Shown: positions 34,365 through 35,983 of the stretch, in pieces | How the letters are laid out: every line of letters starts with the position of its first letter | How positions within the stretch are numbered: position 1 is the first letter of the stretch | Source of the DNA: Chiloscyllium plagiosum | Lineage: Eukaryota | DNA length: 35,983 nt | NCBI RefSeq assembly: GCF_004010195.1 | Contig: NC_057753.1 | Span: 15,296,864 to 15,332,846, forward strand | Reading direction: 5' to 3' | Program-made: the position numbers and the translations under genes | The notes under the pieces: generated by a model | The model's database searches: none | Told to the model about the DNA's origin: nothing | What the model saw: the letters and a program-made list of their open reading frames with translations, nothing else

Positions 34365-35983
34365 TAAACTCCTCCAGCCCTTACAGCCCGTCCCTGTCAC
34401 TGTCACCTCTGCCGGACGCTACATCAGTTCTCGATCTCTGTAACATCCTCCAGCACCTGCACTACCTCCTTATCTCTCTCACCCACTAGCCACGACAACC
34501 TCCCCCTATCTCTGTAACCCCCTGCAGCCCCGAAACACCCTCACTATCGCTGTAGACCCGTCCAAACCTCTCCAACTCGGCAGTCTCCTCCAGCCCAGCC
34601 TTTCGCACCCTATCACTGACACCTTCGCCAGATGCTACATACATTCCCTGTCTCATAACCTCTTCCAGACCTCCCACCACCTCACTATTTCTGAAACTCC
34701 CTCCAACCCCTACACCCCCTCCTTATCTCTGTTACTCCCAGCCCCAACATTCATTCCGTTTCTCTGTAACCTCCTCGAGCCCTTTTAAACCCTCCCTATA
34801 TCTGCATCGCCTTCCAGCCCCAATACCTCCTCCCTATCTCTGTCGCCTCTTCCAAAACCCACACCCCTCCTGATCTAATTAAGCTCTTCCAATCCCTGAA
34901 CCCCTCTTTGTCTCAGTGATCCCATCAAGCCGCATCCCGTCTCCTCCCTATCTCTGTAACCTCCACAACCCCGACCCCATTCATGTCTCTGTAACACTCT
35001 CCAGCCCAGACACCCCCTCCCCATCTCTATAGCATCCTCCAACCCCTACACCCCCTCCAGATCTCTGAAATCCAATCCCGCCCCTACATCCTCTCCCTAA
35101 ATCTGTAACCACCTCCAGCCCATGACCATCGCTATCTCTTCAGCCCCTACACTCTATCTCTGTAACCTCCTCCAGCCGGTATACCCCCTCACTATCTCTG
35201 TATCCCCCTCCAGCCCCGNNNNNNNNNNNNNNNNNNNNNNNNNNNNNNNNNNNNNNNNNNNNNNNNNNNNNNNNNNNNNNNNNNNNNNNNNNNNNNNNNN
35301 NNNNNNNNNNNNNNNNNNNNNNNNNNNNNNNNNNNNNNNNNNNNNNNNNNNNNNNNNNNNNNNNNNNNNNNNNNNNNNNNNNNNNNNNNNNNNNNNNNNN
35401 NNNNNNNNNNNNNNNNNNNNNNNNNNNNNNNNNNNNNNNNNNNNNNNNNNNNNNNNNNNNNNNNNNNNNNNNNNNNNNNNNNNNNNNNNNNNNNNNNNNN
35501 NNNNNNNNNNNNNNNNNNNNNNNNNNNNNNNNNNNNNNNNNNNNNNNNNNNNNNNNNNNNNNNNNNNNNNNNNNNNNNNNNNNNNNNNNNNNNNNNNNNN
35601 NNNNNNNNNNNNNNNNNNNNNNNNNNNNNNNNNNNNNNNNNNNNNNNNNNNNNNNNNNNNNNNNNNNNNNNNNNNNNNNNNNNNNNNNNNNNNNNNNNNN
35701 NNNNNNNNNNNNNNNNNNNNNNNNNNNNNNNNNNNNNNNNNNNNNNNNNNNNNNNNNNNNNNNNNNNNNNNNNNNNNNNNNNNNNNNNNNNNNNNNNNNN
35801 NNNNNNNNNNNNNNNNNNNNNNNNNNNNNNNNNNNNNNNNNNNNNNNNNNNNNNNNNNNNNNNNNNNNNNNNNNNNNNNNNNNNNNNNNNNNATGTTACG
35901 TCCTCCAGCCCCTGCAGCTCTCCATGTATCCGTAACCCCCTCCAGCCCCTACACCTCATCCCTACCTTTGTCACCCCCTCCAG
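34365..35983. repeat. Pyrimidine-rich ~37-bp minisatellite spanning gap 35219-35892
   Basis: Repeated ccctatctctgtaacc..ctccagcccctacacc. Confidence 0.85.

Overview
Repeat-dense eukaryotic DNA, almost certainly from a cartilaginous fish (HE1-type V-SINEs, CR1 LINEs and Penelope elements typical of sharks), in a draft scaffold with five N-gaps. I find no intact host protein-coding gene, rRNA or true tRNA; nearly all listed ORFs are by-products of repeats or gaps. Contents: (1) at least seven HE1 SINE copies or fragments, two with internal ~53-bp tandem expansions; (2) several CR1 fragments, one retaining ORF1 and the endonuclease, one young; (3) a Penelope 3' fragment with a GIY-YIG endonuclease and a minimal hammerhead ribozyme core, plus short pLTR-only insertions, two with clear 13-14 bp target-site duplications (TSDs); (4) a decayed Gmr1-like Ty3/Gypsy element (LTR-PBS-gag-PR-IN-RT) hosting nested insertions; (5) several minisatellite families. 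Most worth follow-up: a Penelope insertion containing an inverted copy of a SINE/LINE junction 1.4 kb upstream, a CpG-rich, highly self-complementary 115-bp tandem unit of unknown function, and a 1.2-kb duplicate contig placed inside a SINE-spanning gap. I see no solid evidence for a wholly new biological system. Family assignments come from motif recognition, not database searches.
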